Position numbers and translations under genes: made by a program. The notes below the pieces were generated by a model, which was not told the DNA's origin, made no database searches, and saw only the letters and a list, made by a program, of their open reading frames with translations. This document shows, piece by piece, positions 49,839 through 59,569 of a DNA stretch of 64,000 bases. This DNA comes from an uncultured Gammaproteobacteria bacterium. GTDB lineage: Bacteria; Patescibacteriota; Microgenomatia; JALYQM01. How positions within the stretch are numbered: the first letter of the stretch is position 1; each line of letters begins with the position of its first letter. The stretch lies in the NCBI GenBank assembly GCA_964525495.1, contig CAZGHS010000001.1, positions 102,263 to 166,262 of the forward strand. The letters run 5' to 3'.

Positions 49839-50699
49839 TCAAGCAGATTTTTTACGAACGCGTATAAACATCATACCTTCATATCCCCGAAAAGGATGTG
49901 CAGTTATCGAACGAATTACTATTTTTGAAATATCAAAACCGTTTTCCCCCAGGATCGTAATCATGTCGCTTTCATCAATCTTAATTGCAGGAAACTTTTT
50001 ACCATCTAACATATAGTATTTAGAGTTTTTTAAGCTGGTAATAAACAAATATCCCTTTGGCTTAACCAAGGCACTAATATTCCTAATCGCCTGCTCCCAT
50101 TCATCACGTTTTGATGTAATAGACTCTGGAACAAAGTTAACGCTTACCACATCATATCGCTTAAATTTATTATGTTTAAGCGAAAATTTACGAAAAGCAT
50201 TACACTTTACAACTTTCTTAAGTTTACTTTTGAGCAATTCCGCACGACGATAAACTTGTCCTGGAGTTACTTTCTTCTGACCTTCAAGTTCAAGTGCGCG
50301 ACGGATAAAATGATTCCAATTAAATGCTCGCTTATGAGCACGAATCCACTTACGAATTTCATGACGATTATGCTTTAAGTATTCTGAAAAATGAATCTCT
50401 GTAACTTTTGAAGCAGCACTTATCAAAGAGTATAAAGTAGGACCACCACCAAACTCCAGTACAGTCTTAACATTGCGTAAATGCTTATAATTTTTAGCAA
50501 AGAATGCGAGAAGCGCGTCATTTTCTTGATCAATAACGGAGTAATACTCTCTTAGGTAAGCTAACGAACCAAAAGAGTCAAATGACTCAAATTCTGAGTC
50601 TAGTGAATTAAGCTCTGATACGGTCGAACTTGAGCTCATAATACCGTACTTAACCTGGCTAGAATTCATAAGTTTTGGGAGTATAACACAAAAAACCAT
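49839..50699 (-). CDS. NNMT/PNMT/TEMT-family SAM-dependent N-methyltransferase
   Basis: AYLREYY, EFGGGPTLY, NRHEIRKW, AFNW, KPKG, YYMLDGKKF parallel NNMT motifs; true start may be 50639 or 50669. Confidence 0.85.
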   Translation of the reverse strand: MVFCVILPKLMNSSQVKYGIMSSSSTVSELNSLDSEFESFDSFGSLAYLREYYSVIDQENDALLAFFAKNYKHLRNVKTVLEFGGGPTLYSLISAASKVTEIHFSEYLKHNRHEIRKWIRAHKRAFNWNHFIRRALELEGQKKVTPGQVYRRAELLKSKLKKVVKCNAFRKFSLKHNKFKRYDVVSVNFVPESITSKRDEWEQAIRNISALVKPKGYLFITSLKNSKYYMLDGKKFPAIKIDESDMITILGENGFDISKIVIRSITAHPFRGYEGMMFIRVRKKSA

Positions 50700-50806
50700 T
50701 TTTGTAAATACTATAGGTTACATTTAAAAACTACTCCCCTCTTACATATGTAATACCTTCCTGAACAGATTGTACACCTAAACAATATGCTATACTATTT
50801 TCAATT

Positions 50807-51172
50807 ATGGCTATATCCTCGGCCGCCACAATAGTACTGATTATTGTCCTCTCCCTTATTTCAGGACTTGGTGATGCGTACGGATTCACACACGCAGCAA
50901 AAATCTGGCAAGGAAACAAATTTATACTTGCTGAACTCATCAAGTCTGCACTTGGGTTCGCAGTCGGCATCAGCATCTATTGGATCGTTATCAAATTCAT
51001 GAATCAGGTAGGAATTAGAACTGCAGAAATACAAACAGCTATCTGGTTTGCCACAACCATGATTGGCGTAAGTCTACTAAGCGGCGAGTTTGCCCGCTGG
51101 GAAAACTACAACAAACTAGTTGCGGTACTGATCCTCATTGGAATCGGCTGGTTATTAATGCACGAGAAGTAA
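50807..51172 (+). CDS. Small 4-TM protein (SMR/DMT-like)
   Basis: 121 aa, four TMs, AIW...GE pattern as in DMT proteins. Confidence 0.55.
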   Translation: MAISSAATIVLIIVLSLISGLGDAYGFTHAAKIWQGNKFILAELIKSALGFAVGISIYWIVIKFMNQVGIRTAEIQTAIWFATTMIGVSLLSGEFARWENYNKLVAVLILIGIGWLLMHEK

Positions 51173-51175
51173 GAG

Positions 51176-53947
51176 CTACGGTGCCTTCGGCAGACTAAAC
51201 GCAAAGGTACTCCCTCTACCCAGTTCAGACTTCACATCAAACGTACCTTTCATTGCCTCAACATACTTCTTGCAGATATACAATCCAAGCCCAGTCCCTG
51301 TTGTAGCAGCAACGGTAGACAAACTACTATCAAGGCGGCCAAATTTCTTAAACAATTTCGGCATATCCTCCGATGCAACTCCTCGGCCAGTGTCAGCTAC
51401 ACCAATACGAATTTGCTGATCATGTTCTTCTATTGTAGTGATAATAGAACCTTTATCTGTAAATTTCAGTGCATTACCAAGTAAGTTTGTTATAACTTCA
51501 CGGGTTTTATCAGGATCACCGCTCACTTTTATACTTGGTGCAGCAGAAGTAAAAGAGAAATCAAGTTTTTTTTCATCAGATTTAATCTGCAATTCCTCAT
51601 AAACCGACTTCACCATATCCACAATATCAAAGTCAGAAATTGCAATTTGCACTTTACCAGATTCAATACGCGAAACAGACAACATATCGTTGACCAAATT
51701 GATTAAACGTTGTGAAGATTGTGAGACTCGCTCCAAATAATATCGCTGCTTTTCGGACAAATCTCCGCCTTTACCTGCAAGCAACATCCAGACATATCCA
51801 TTGATAGCTGTCATCGGGGTACGCAACTCATGAGACGCAATCGATACAAACTCATCTTTCATTTTGTCTAAGCCCACAAGCTCTTTGTTTGTTTCATAAA
51901 GCATTGTGTTTACAGACCGTGCTTCTTCATACAAATAGGCATTCTCAAGCGCAATCGCAACTTCATCCATAAACGCATCAAGAATATTATGTTCCTCAGC
52001 AGTTACATCGTGCGGATTCTTATGTAGCGCTAACGTCAACACTCCAAGCGGTTGATCCTTAGACATAATCGGGTAAATAATCACGCCTTTCATTCCAATA
52101 ATTTTCTGAATTCCATCCGAAATAATACGCGGTAAAACAGGTTCAAACGCATCAGCCAATGATGCAGTAATAACTTTCGTTTTCAGCATTAAAGATTGAA
52201 CAGCAAGTGATTTCTCTGAGTTCAGAGGCGTCTGATATTCGGAAATAGAACGAGGCACAAGCTTCAAGGATTTATCAATCAAAGGAGTTTTAGACACCGC
52301 CGTAGGAATAATAACGCTCTTCTTATAATCAACAATACTGATTATCGCGCCATCATATCCTAACTCCCACGCAATAGTATCTACTATCTTTTGAGACATC
52401 TCTTTTGGATCCAAAGTAGTCATAATAATTGAGTCCATTTTCCGTAAAATCTCAAGGTTTTTATTTTTCTGCTGAAGCTGTGAAGTGGCAATCTCTACCT
52501 CACTTTTAAGGCGTTCATTAAAATCACGAGAATGCATAAAAAGCATCACATTTTCAATTCCTATAGCCGCCTGCAAAGCAAAGGCCTCAAGCACATCCAT
52601 ATCCTGTGCCGAATACGAATCTCCCGAAAGTTTATGACTGAGCAAAATAAGCCCCATAACCTCGTTTTTAATGAGCAGAGGCAATATTACAACAATATTA
52701 TTCTTTGACATCCATTCAACAGTTTTTCGTTTGCGGGAATTATCCGTATTGGCCAATTCATCACGCAGATCATCGATAACCACGGCCTTATGATCTTTCT
52801 CAAACTGTCTAACCAGCATCTCACAGTCTGAAGCCTCAATATGCTCGGTATTGAACGTATACAACGCAAACTCGCTCGAACGAACGAGAACACGCGGCAT
52901 ATTATCCTGATTTTTAATCTTAACCGCAAAAACCATTCCCTTCGTGTGTAAGTTTTTATTCAACAAATCATAAATATTTTTTAAAGTCTCCTCAAAAGCC
53001 ACAGTAGTCGTAAGCGTTTGACCCAACTGATACAACAATTCAGCTGGAGTATACGCAGACTTATAAAAAAACTTATCAGTATACTGAGTAATAAGTGTTT
53101 TAAATGGATGAAATGTACTAGCGATTACCAAAGTGATACCCGCATAAACAAACAGCGATCGATAATCTACTTGTCCCTGCAGAAATACCACACTTGCGAT
53201 CAACCCAAGCGCAGCATAGATAACACCAAGCGAACTTAACAATAATGTATAAGCCACTGACCGCGCAGCAAACAAACGAATATCCAAAAACCGATGCCGT
53301 ACGATTGCATAGGCAGTCATAACCACGAAAGTAGGAACTAAAATATTCCCATACGGTGCTATAGGTATCTGGTACCACAACAAATAGTTTGTAACTCCTC
53401 CCGCAAAACTTATCAGCAACCCCCAAAACATATACTGAGATTGCTGTCGGCGAGTACCTGTTAATACGTTCCTATTAGCATAAAGTAAGTATGTCGGATA
53501 AATAACATAAATCATCCAAAGAACCACAAAAATATGAAACATTGGTCCAGGTACCGGCCAAAATGCAAAATCAAGTCGAGGTACCACATCACTCACAAAT
53601 AAATCCGTGAACAAGTTTAAGATAAGGAAAATGAAATACATCACTCCGCTAAGCTGCAAGAATCTCATTTTTTTCTGTAATAAACCCAAGAAAGCATATA
53701 CAAAAGTTAAATATGCGATCGGAATAAAGATAGCAAAATGCATTAATAGCCGTGTGTTATGCAAGGCATCTGCATGAGTAGTAGAAGTCTGCCAGAAAAA
53801 ATAGAACAAACTCCAAAAAGCAACTAAAAATGAATAAATTGCAAACGTTAAGCTAACCTTAGTCCTCTTCACAATGATGACAAATACACCAATCGCAAAA
53901 GTGGTTATAAAATTGATAAGCGCAGACAAGCTATAATACGTAAACAT
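51176..53947 (-). CDS. Membrane sensor histidine kinase (7TM-type N-terminus, two GAF domains, HisKA, HATPase)
   Basis: About 9 TMs; AIGIEN and AIALENA GAF ends; SHELRTP; NALKFT, DTGRG, GTGLGL. Confidence 0.93.
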   Translation of the reverse strand: MFTYYSLSALINFITTFAIGVFVIIVKRTKVSLTFAIYSFLVAFWSLFYFFWQTSTTHADALHNTRLLMHFAIFIPIAYLTFVYAFLGLLQKKMRFLQLSGVMYFIFLILNLFTDLFVSDVVPRLDFAFWPVPGPMFHIFVVLWMIYVIYPTYLLYANRNVLTGTRRQQSQYMFWGLLISFAGGVTNYLLWYQIPIAPYGNILVPTFVVMTAYAIVRHRFLDIRLFAARSVAYTLLLSSLGVIYAALGLIASVVFLQGQVDYRSLFVYAGITLVIASTFHPFKTLITQYTDKFFYKSAYTPAELLYQLGQTLTTTVAFEETLKNIYDLLNKNLHTKGMVFAVKIKNQDNMPRVLVRSSEFALYTFNTEHIEASDCEMLVRQFEKDHKAVVIDDLRDELANTDNSRKRKTVEWMSKNNIVVILPLLIKNEVMGLILLSHKLSGDSYSAQDMDVLEAFALQAAIGIENVMLFMHSRDFNERLKSEVEIATSQLQQKNKNLEILRKMDSIIMTTLDPKEMSQKIVDTIAWELGYDGAIISIVDYKKSVIIPTAVSKTPLIDKSLKLVPRSISEYQTPLNSEKSLAVQSLMLKTKVITASLADAFEPVLPRIISDGIQKIIGMKGVIIYPIMSKDQPLGVLTLALHKNPHDVTAEEHNILDAFMDEVAIALENAYLYEEARSVNTMLYETNKELVGLDKMKDEFVSIASHELRTPMTAINGYVWMLLAGKGGDLSEKQRYYLERVSQSSQRLINLVNDMLSVSRIESGKVQIAISDFDIVDMVKSVYEELQIKSDEKKLDFSFTSAAPSIKVSGDPDKTREVITNLLGNALKFTDKGSIITTIEEHDQQIRIGVADTGRGVASEDMPKLFKKFGRLDSSLSTVAATTGTGLGLYICKKYVEAMKGTFDVKSELGRGSTFAFSLPKAP

Positions 53948-54014
53948 AGACGTAGTCTAAGTATAAAGTTATAAAATTACCTTATACAAGTGCTACGTCA
54001 AAAACACGCTCAAT

Positions 54015-54043
54015 TTGACTTTCTCAACTATAAAAAATATAAT
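54015..54043 (+). promoter_or_regulatory. Sigma70 promoter
   Basis: TTGACT-17nt-TATAAT. Confidence 0.75.
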
Positions 54044-54072
54044 CTATTATTATAGGATATTAAAACAAACTT

Positions 54073-54309
54073 ATGGCAGAAAAATTAAGAAAAACACCTT
54101 TAGAAGAATTCGAGGACAAACTTAGTCCAGGACAGAAAGCAGCCCTCGCAGGGGCTGGAGTTGTAGTTTTATATGCCACGGCAGGTATCACAATGGCAGC
54201 TGGAGCAATTAAAGATCGCATGTTTGGATCAGAAACATTTGTACTTGGAGAACCTAAAGATACTAAAGGAAATAGTCAAACAAATCTGACTCGCCGCCGA
54301 ACTCAATAA
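54073..54309 (+). CDS. Small single-TM orphan (78 aa)
   Basis: Downstream of a near-consensus promoter; central hydrophobic helix. Confidence 0.55.
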   Translation: MAEKLRKTPLEEFEDKLSPGQKAALAGAGVVVLYATAGITMAAGAIKDRMFGSETFVLGEPKDTKGNSQTNLTRRRTQ

Positions 54310-54313
54310 AAAG

Positions 54314-55645
54314 TTATTCTGCCCTTCCCTCTAAACACACAAACGACTGATCCATTTGCACGCCACACGATGGAAGAACAATCACACGAGTTAACTCGGT
54401 AGGTTTCCATCCGCCTTTCAAATGTGCCTCCACAAACTCGGCAGGAGTAGCTTCATACATCGTATACCAATCAAACCATGCCCTCAAAACTTCTTGTCCC
54501 GTATAGGAATGACCGTCCATATTAGATAATCTCGCAATATTTGCGTTACAATATGGAGCACCTGGCTTAAGATATTGTCTAATTGCTCCGGCATAATCTG
54601 CTTTAGATACAGAATTACGCACAAAGTTATGAGCATCGTCCACCCCACCATCAAAATAATCCGCCAAACCAACGGTTGTACAAATATCTAAACGGGTTTC
54701 AGGTGTTAATAATGGATGTCGTCCACTCATAAATGGGTCGTGTGGGTTTCCTAAATTAGCATAAACCGGCTCAATGTATTCCGAAACACCGTATTGTGCA
54801 GCAAGTGCGGCAATATATTGTAAACCGCCCTCACTAACATCAAGAGCAAACAGTTTAAGTGGAATCTTTGTTTCGCCTTGCTTATTTAATCCATCACCAA
54901 ATTTCTCACGCCACTCAGGATGCGCTTCAAATACTTTTTCTACAGCCTGAATAGCATACCGAAAGCTTCCTGCTGCAAAATCAGCGCCAAGTACTGCTTC
55001 TTGGGATTCTGAATTCAATCGAGTCTGTAATATTTCAGTTAAATGCTCTATATAAAAATTTTCAAAATGCCTAGCACGCTCTCCCACACCAACTGCAACT
55101 TCCCAAGTATCAAATACAGCAACTTCATCTCCAATTTGAATATCGCGCAGACTCAACTGTTCACCCATACGAGTACGGCGCATTGGCTTTCCTTGAGGAT
55201 GATAATCCAGCCAATCAAATTTGCCTTCACCTCTTGCACCATCAATCCCAGTGCGAGCAGCATTTTTCCGTAATGCTTGAGCTCCAGTAATAATCGCTTC
55301 CATCACTTCCCACGAACTTTTATGGCTAGCTATCCATGCAAGCAAAGGATACCGCTGAAATACTTCTTGTCTATCAAGCCGACCACCCATCAACTCATCC
55401 GAAATCCGAGATATCTCGTGTGAGGCATCAGTATTACGAGCATAATTTGTATCTGGACTCGCAAGTGAATAATCAATGACAGTTGGAACAACTACGACCC
55501 CGTATTCCTGACTGTTAACAACAATTGGAGGCAATTCCTGAAACCTAAACTCTGACAATCTGCGCAAAGGGAAATCAAGAATCCTAGCTTGATTTTGTTC
55601 AGGTTCAACTAATCGTAATGATGTTTCATTCGCACGTAATTCCAT
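54314..55645 (-). CDS. Class I SAM-dependent methyltransferase-like protein
   Basis: ADFAAGS, ALDVS, VGLADYF, LKPG motifs. Confidence 0.6.
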   Translation of the reverse strand: MELRANETSLRLVEPEQNQARILDFPLRRLSEFRFQELPPIVVNSQEYGVVVVPTVIDYSLASPDTNYARNTDASHEISRISDELMGGRLDRQEVFQRYPLLAWIASHKSSWEVMEAIITGAQALRKNAARTGIDGARGEGKFDWLDYHPQGKPMRRTRMGEQLSLRDIQIGDEVAVFDTWEVAVGVGERARHFENFYIEHLTEILQTRLNSESQEAVLGADFAAGSFRYAIQAVEKVFEAHPEWREKFGDGLNKQGETKIPLKLFALDVSEGGLQYIAALAAQYGVSEYIEPVYANLGNPHDPFMSGRHPLLTPETRLDICTTVGLADYFDGGVDDAHNFVRNSVSKADYAGAIRQYLKPGAPYCNANIARLSNMDGHSYTGQEVLRAWFDWYTMYEATPAEFVEAHLKGGWKPTELTRVIVLPSCGVQMDQSFVCLEGRAE

Positions 55646-55646
55646 A

Positions 55647-55676
55647 AAAAAAACGCCTCCACAATGTGGAAGCGTC
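55647..55676 (-). terminator. Terminator hairpin immediately upstream of the methyltransferase ATG (attenuator-like)
   Basis: GACGCTTCCAC-att-GTGGAGGCGTT plus T tract abutting the start codon. Confidence 0.7.
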
Positions 55677-55753
55677 CAGATTAAAATCCGACAACAATAA
55701 AAATAAGACTATAAGCTCTACAAAAAAGTAGGTCTTTCATAAATAGGAAGGAG

Positions 55754-55782
55754 ATAATAGCACAAACAGACTTTAGTGTCAA
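55754..55782 (-). promoter_or_regulatory. Sigma70 promoter
   Basis: TTGACA-17nt-TATTAT with TG extension. Confidence 0.75.
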
Positions 55783-55820
55783 TACTATAAGACATCATCT
55801 CTCCTTTTACTAATTACAAT

Positions 55821-55851
55821 AAAAAAATACCTACTCCATGGAGTAGGTATT
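55821..55851 (-). terminator. Intrinsic terminator
   Basis: AATACCTACTCC-at-GGAGTAGGTATT plus T tract. Confidence 0.75.
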
Positions 55852-55975
55852 AAACTCAAAAACATTAATTCCAGCCATATAAAGCTGGTCGCACATGTGC
55901 ATTCTAATTCGTTTAAATATATATAACATTTCTAAGCACAGTATAATCTTAACCAAAGCATCACGCAATCTTAAT

Positions 55976-56209
55976 TTATTTTATAGGCTCATATAAACCC
56001 ACTGCATGATCATTAAAATTTCGATTTGCAGGCTGCCCCAGTTTCCATCCTTGTTCCACTAAATCCCACAAATCTTGATTTGGGTCTGCATCACCTGGCT
56101 CATACGGCCATGAACCATCTGGAATATACAAACTATCCGACCACCATTTATAGCCTTTTTCTAAAGCATTCACCGGGGTTAATGTAGTATCAATAACTAT
56201 TTTTTTCAT
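55976..56209 (-). CDS. Small Trp-rich orphan (77 aa)
   Basis: ATG 56209; plausible globular composition. Confidence 0.5.
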   Translation of the reverse strand: MKKIVIDTTLTPVNALEKGYKWWSDSLYIPDGSWPYEPGDADPNQDLWDLVEQGWKLGQPANRNFNDHAVGLYEPIK

Positions 56210-56289
56210 AAATTTAGAGGTAAGGTGATATACCTCAAGGAGTAAGTATATCACCTTAAACAAACAATAAGTCGATCGCTTATCTTATT

Positions 56290-56595
56290 CTAATCGTCAT
56301 CTCGTGTCCTTCGTGCTTTCGGGCCTGCGGATCCTGAACGGTGTGTTTTCGGATCATAAAAATCATGTTGCCCTGAGTGCTCACCCCGGATATATTTCCG
56401 ATTCACTTGTCCATCTCGTTCCCGATAGTTTGTATGCACGCTCCGTCGTGACTCCTCCCTCTCATTCCGTCGGCGCTGTCGCTCCTCTTCGATCTCCCGA
56501 TCCACATACGACTTGAACAATTCGAACTCCTGGTAATCACCATAGTGCGACCTGCCCTTGTACGAACGTTGCTTCGGCCGGTACTCGAGTCCCAT
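56290..56595 (-). CDS. Arg-rich orphan (101 aa)
   Basis: GGAGGAA RBS, sequestered in a long leader hairpin. Confidence 0.6.
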   Translation of the reverse strand: MGLEYRPKQRSYKGRSHYGDYQEFELFKSYVDREIEEERQRRRNEREESRRSVHTNYRERDGQVNRKYIRGEHSGQHDFYDPKTHRSGSAGPKARRTRDDD

Positions 56596-56784
56596 GGACT
56601 TCCTCCGTTCGATTAGATTAAGGTGCGGATACGACTCTAGAGATTTAGTGTAAGAAAGAAATAAACATCAATTGTTTATACTTTCAAATGACTAAATTCT
56701 ATGAGTACTTATATTCAATCTAAAGGAGGAAATGAATGACAAAGCTGTCAGGATTTCTGCCAATATCGGCAAGTGAAAATATGA

Positions 56785-57417
56785 TCAATCTCCGTGATCT
56801 TTAAATACAGCCAAAGGAGTCATAATAAGGATTTTAATATCCATCAAAATGTTCCATTGTTCTGCATACTGAGCATCAAGCCGAATTCGCTCATCAAACT
56901 GTACATGGTTACGACCAGAAATTTGCCACAAACCAGTAATACCTGGTTTTACTGTCAAAGCCTTCTCAATATGATGTTTACTATCAGGATAGCGTTCTCC
57001 TTGCTCCTGCAACTCATTAGGTTTATACGCACGAGGACCAACAATACTCATTTCACCATTCAATACATTAAAAAATTGAGGGATCTCCTCAATATCATAC
57101 CGTCGCAAAATTCGTCCCACTGAAGTAACACGCGGATCGTTTCGCAACTTATACCCATTCTTTTTATATTCTTCAAGAAGCTCAGGGTGCGCTTTCCATA
57201 AGTACTCATCTGCATCGACACGCATCGAACGCACTTTATAAATCCGAAAAAGTTTTCCATTCAAACCAACACGTTCGTGAGAATAAATTAAAGGCCATCC
57301 AGACTCTAAATAGAGAGCAAGCATGCCGAGGAGAGTAAAGGGACTTAAAACAATAAGCGCAGCAAGTGAGCCCACAATATCTAACAATCGTTTCAGAAAA
57401 ACATTTAGCGTACGCAT
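56785..57417 (-). CDS. Bacterial sugar transferase (polyprenyl-phosphate sugar-1-P transferase)
   Basis: KRLLDI, KVRSM, DPRVT, GEMSIVGPR, KPGITGLWQ. Confidence 0.92.
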   Translation of the reverse strand: MRTLNVFLKRLLDIVGSLAALIVLSPFTLLGMLALYLESGWPLIYSHERVGLNGKLFRIYKVRSMRVDADEYLWKAHPELLEEYKKNGYKLRNDPRVTSVGRILRRYDIEEIPQFFNVLNGEMSIVGPRAYKPNELQEQGERYPDSKHHIEKALTVKPGITGLWQISGRNHVQFDERIRLDAQYAEQWNILMDIKILIMTPLAVFKDHGD

Positions 57418-57468
57418 TCGTAACCTTAACTATACTAATCAAAAACACCTGTTTCAACTAGTGTACTA

Positions 57469-58518
57469 CTAAGACGGAATATACCGCTGCAATGATACAA
57501 CATATCCCGAAAGCTGATCCACCAGTCCTGCTTCCCGAGTTCGAAATGCAATTTCTTGAGTTCCCATTTGCACCCCAGATTCAACAAAATTATGTGAACC
57601 AAACATTGCTTCCTTGCCGTCAACAATAAGTAGCTTAGCGTGAATCTTACGATCAAGATGTATAAACCGAATGTGTTTTCCATGTCGTTCCAGCGCTCGT
57701 TTAAAAACAATATAAAAATAGCGCAAAGGGAATTTGGTAAATGTCACATCATCTTCATTCGAGGTATAAATCGTCACATTCACCCCCTGCTTTGACTTAC
57801 TCAAAAGTAGTTCGAGCATATAATGCTCAGGCACCATCTGCGAAACAAAAACTATTTCTTTTTGCGCTTCGGTCACCAGTTTCACTGCCTCTTTATAAAT
57901 CAAAGATCTACCTTTTATTCCGCTATCCACCAATACTGTGCCGTATTTGTCCACACTAAAACTATAATCTTGAGCCGGACGTTTATCATTTACCTGTACG
58001 AACTGAGTTGCCAAAGCCTGAACCATATCAGCATTCTCAAACCGCACCATAAAATCAAGATTTTTAAACGACGCATCAAAAAAATTCATCCCACCCATCC
58101 AAGCATGATCGTCTACAATATATATCTTTATGTGATTCCGCCCCATCACAGGCAAAAAATGAATACCCATGAGAGGTTTGTTAACCTCAACAAAATGTAC
58201 ACCTCCTGCTGCCAATCGAGCAAAGAGCGCTTTAGTTTCATTCCGTACCGCATCTTCTTCAGCTAACAATTTATCATTAAAAGTCGGCAAAAGCCGTATG
58301 TTTCCATGCAAATACCGCTCAGTGACCCAATCATGATAGATACGGACATCAACGCCTCGCCCAGCAGCATCCAAGAGCAACGGCTCCAGAGAACTAAAAA
58401 CCTCTCCCGTCTCCATCACCATAGCCTGAAGCCAGATCCGCTTCTCAGCACGGGGTATTCTCTCCTTCAAATCAACAAGAAATTCTGAGGGATTTTGAAC
58501 TAAGGTCGGAAATTCCAT
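57469..58518 (-). CDS. Phospholipase D superfamily protein (cardiolipin synthase-like)
   Basis: Two HKD motifs: HIKIYIVD and HAKLLIVD. Confidence 0.88.
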   Translation of the reverse strand: MEFPTLVQNPSEFLVDLKERIPRAEKRIWLQAMVMETGEVFSSLEPLLLDAAGRGVDVRIYHDWVTERYLHGNIRLLPTFNDKLLAEEDAVRNETKALFARLAAGGVHFVEVNKPLMGIHFLPVMGRNHIKIYIVDDHAWMGGMNFFDASFKNLDFMVRFENADMVQALATQFVQVNDKRPAQDYSFSVDKYGTVLVDSGIKGRSLIYKEAVKLVTEAQKEIVFVSQMVPEHYMLELLLSKSKQGVNVTIYTSNEDDVTFTKFPLRYFYIVFKRALERHGKHIRFIHLDRKIHAKLLIVDGKEAMFGSHNFVESGVQMGTQEIAFRTREAGLVDQLSGYVVSLQRYIPS

Positions 58519-58545
58519 ATTATAAGATTATACTATAAAAAGGGA

Positions 58546-58761
58546 TTATTCTATCTTACGGGTATTAAGATCGGGATAAGCTTCTTGTTCTCTACTACTA
58601 GAACCGACAGACTCTTTAAATCGTCTTATACCTACACCATTGTTTTTAACTATGAAAGCATAGTCTCCTTTTATGCCATCTAAGACTGCCTCGATAAGAG
58701 GATAACCCGCTACTATAGCGTCTTTAACTGTACGTGATCTAATTAACCGTTTTTCTGACAT
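58546..58761 (-). CDS. Small orphan (71 aa)
   Basis: ORF fills the intergenic gap; no motif recognised. Confidence 0.4.
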   Translation of the reverse strand: MSEKRLIRSRTVKDAIVAGYPLIEAVLDGIKGDYAFIVKNNGVGIRRFKESVGSSSREQEAYPDLNTRKIE

Positions 58762-58764
58762 ATA

Positions 58765-58792
58765 TTGACAACAATAAAAAAGGTAGTAAACT
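58765..58792 (+). promoter_or_regulatory. Sigma70 promoter of the T-box leader
   Basis: TTGACA-16nt-TAAACT. Confidence 0.6.
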
Positions 58793-58798
58793 TAACTA

Positions 58799-59010
58799 AA
58801 ACGTGGAGTCTATCCCAATAGACAATTTGATTATAAAAATCAAAACGTTGCATGCGTTAAAGCAAAATTATAGCATAAACATGTCAACCTAGCCAGTTGT
58901 AAAAACGGCAAATAAGATCGCAAATGCGATGAAACAAGGTGGTACCACGACTAAGCTCGTCCTTGTAGAGAAAAGAGATTACTCTTTTGTCTGCAGCGAC
59001 GAGTTTTTTT
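58799..59010 (+). promoter_or_regulatory. T-box riboswitch (transcriptional), probably Pro-specific
   Basis: ACAAGG-TGGTACC-ACG...CGT-CCTTGT antiterminator (58934-58966); competing terminator GCTCGTC...GACGAGT plus T tract; stem III ATCGCA/TGCGAT; proS downstream. Confidence 0.85.
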
Positions 59011-59023
59011 GTACAATAAAAAT

Positions 59024-59557
59024 ATGATAAACATAATATTCGAGTCTCATAACACCACAGTAGACAACGAAAACAATCGTGCGTCAGGTCATTATGATGT
59101 TGAACTCTCAGAAAAAGGCAAACAGCAATCCAGAGCTTTAGGGGAAAGATATAAGGGCACCCAAATTGACGCAATCTTCTGCTCTGATATGCAACGCTCA
59201 TACAAAACAGCCGAAGGCGCTTTTCCTCACAGAGATATTCCCACCTTCCGAGATGAGCGTCTTCGCGAATGTGATTATGGCGATATGACTCGAGCACCTA
59301 AAGACCAGGTTGAAGGCGAGCGCATGCAACGTATCATCACGCCTTATCCCAACGGTGAAAGCCTTCAACAACGAACACAGAAAATGAAATCATTTTTAGA
59401 TGAAATAAAAGAACAGTATGATGGGAAGATCATCATGATAATCGGTCACCGTGCAACTCGCTACGCACTCGAGCACTATTTAAATAATAAATCATTAGAA
59501 CAAGCAATCTCAGAGCCCAATCAATGGCAACCAGGCTGGAAGTATTATTTACAGTAA
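59024..59557 (+). CDS. Histidine phosphatase family protein
   Basis: ESH variant of RHG, SDMQRS, LRECDYG, GES, IGH. Confidence 0.85.
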   Translation: MINIIFESHNTTVDNENNRASGHYDVELSEKGKQQSRALGERYKGTQIDAIFCSDMQRSYKTAEGAFPHRDIPTFRDERLRECDYGDMTRAPKDQVEGERMQRIITPYPNGESLQQRTQKMKSFLDEIKEQYDGKIIMIIGHRATRYALEHYLNNKSLEQAISEPNQWQPGWKYYLQ

Positions 59558-59569
59558 GGAAAGCCTATT

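Noticed and set aside
56725-56805. Plus-strand AAGGAGG followed by 14-22 codon ORFs
   Set aside because: The GGAGG is the mirror arm of the hairpin that hides the minus-strand RBS; there is no independent support for translation.
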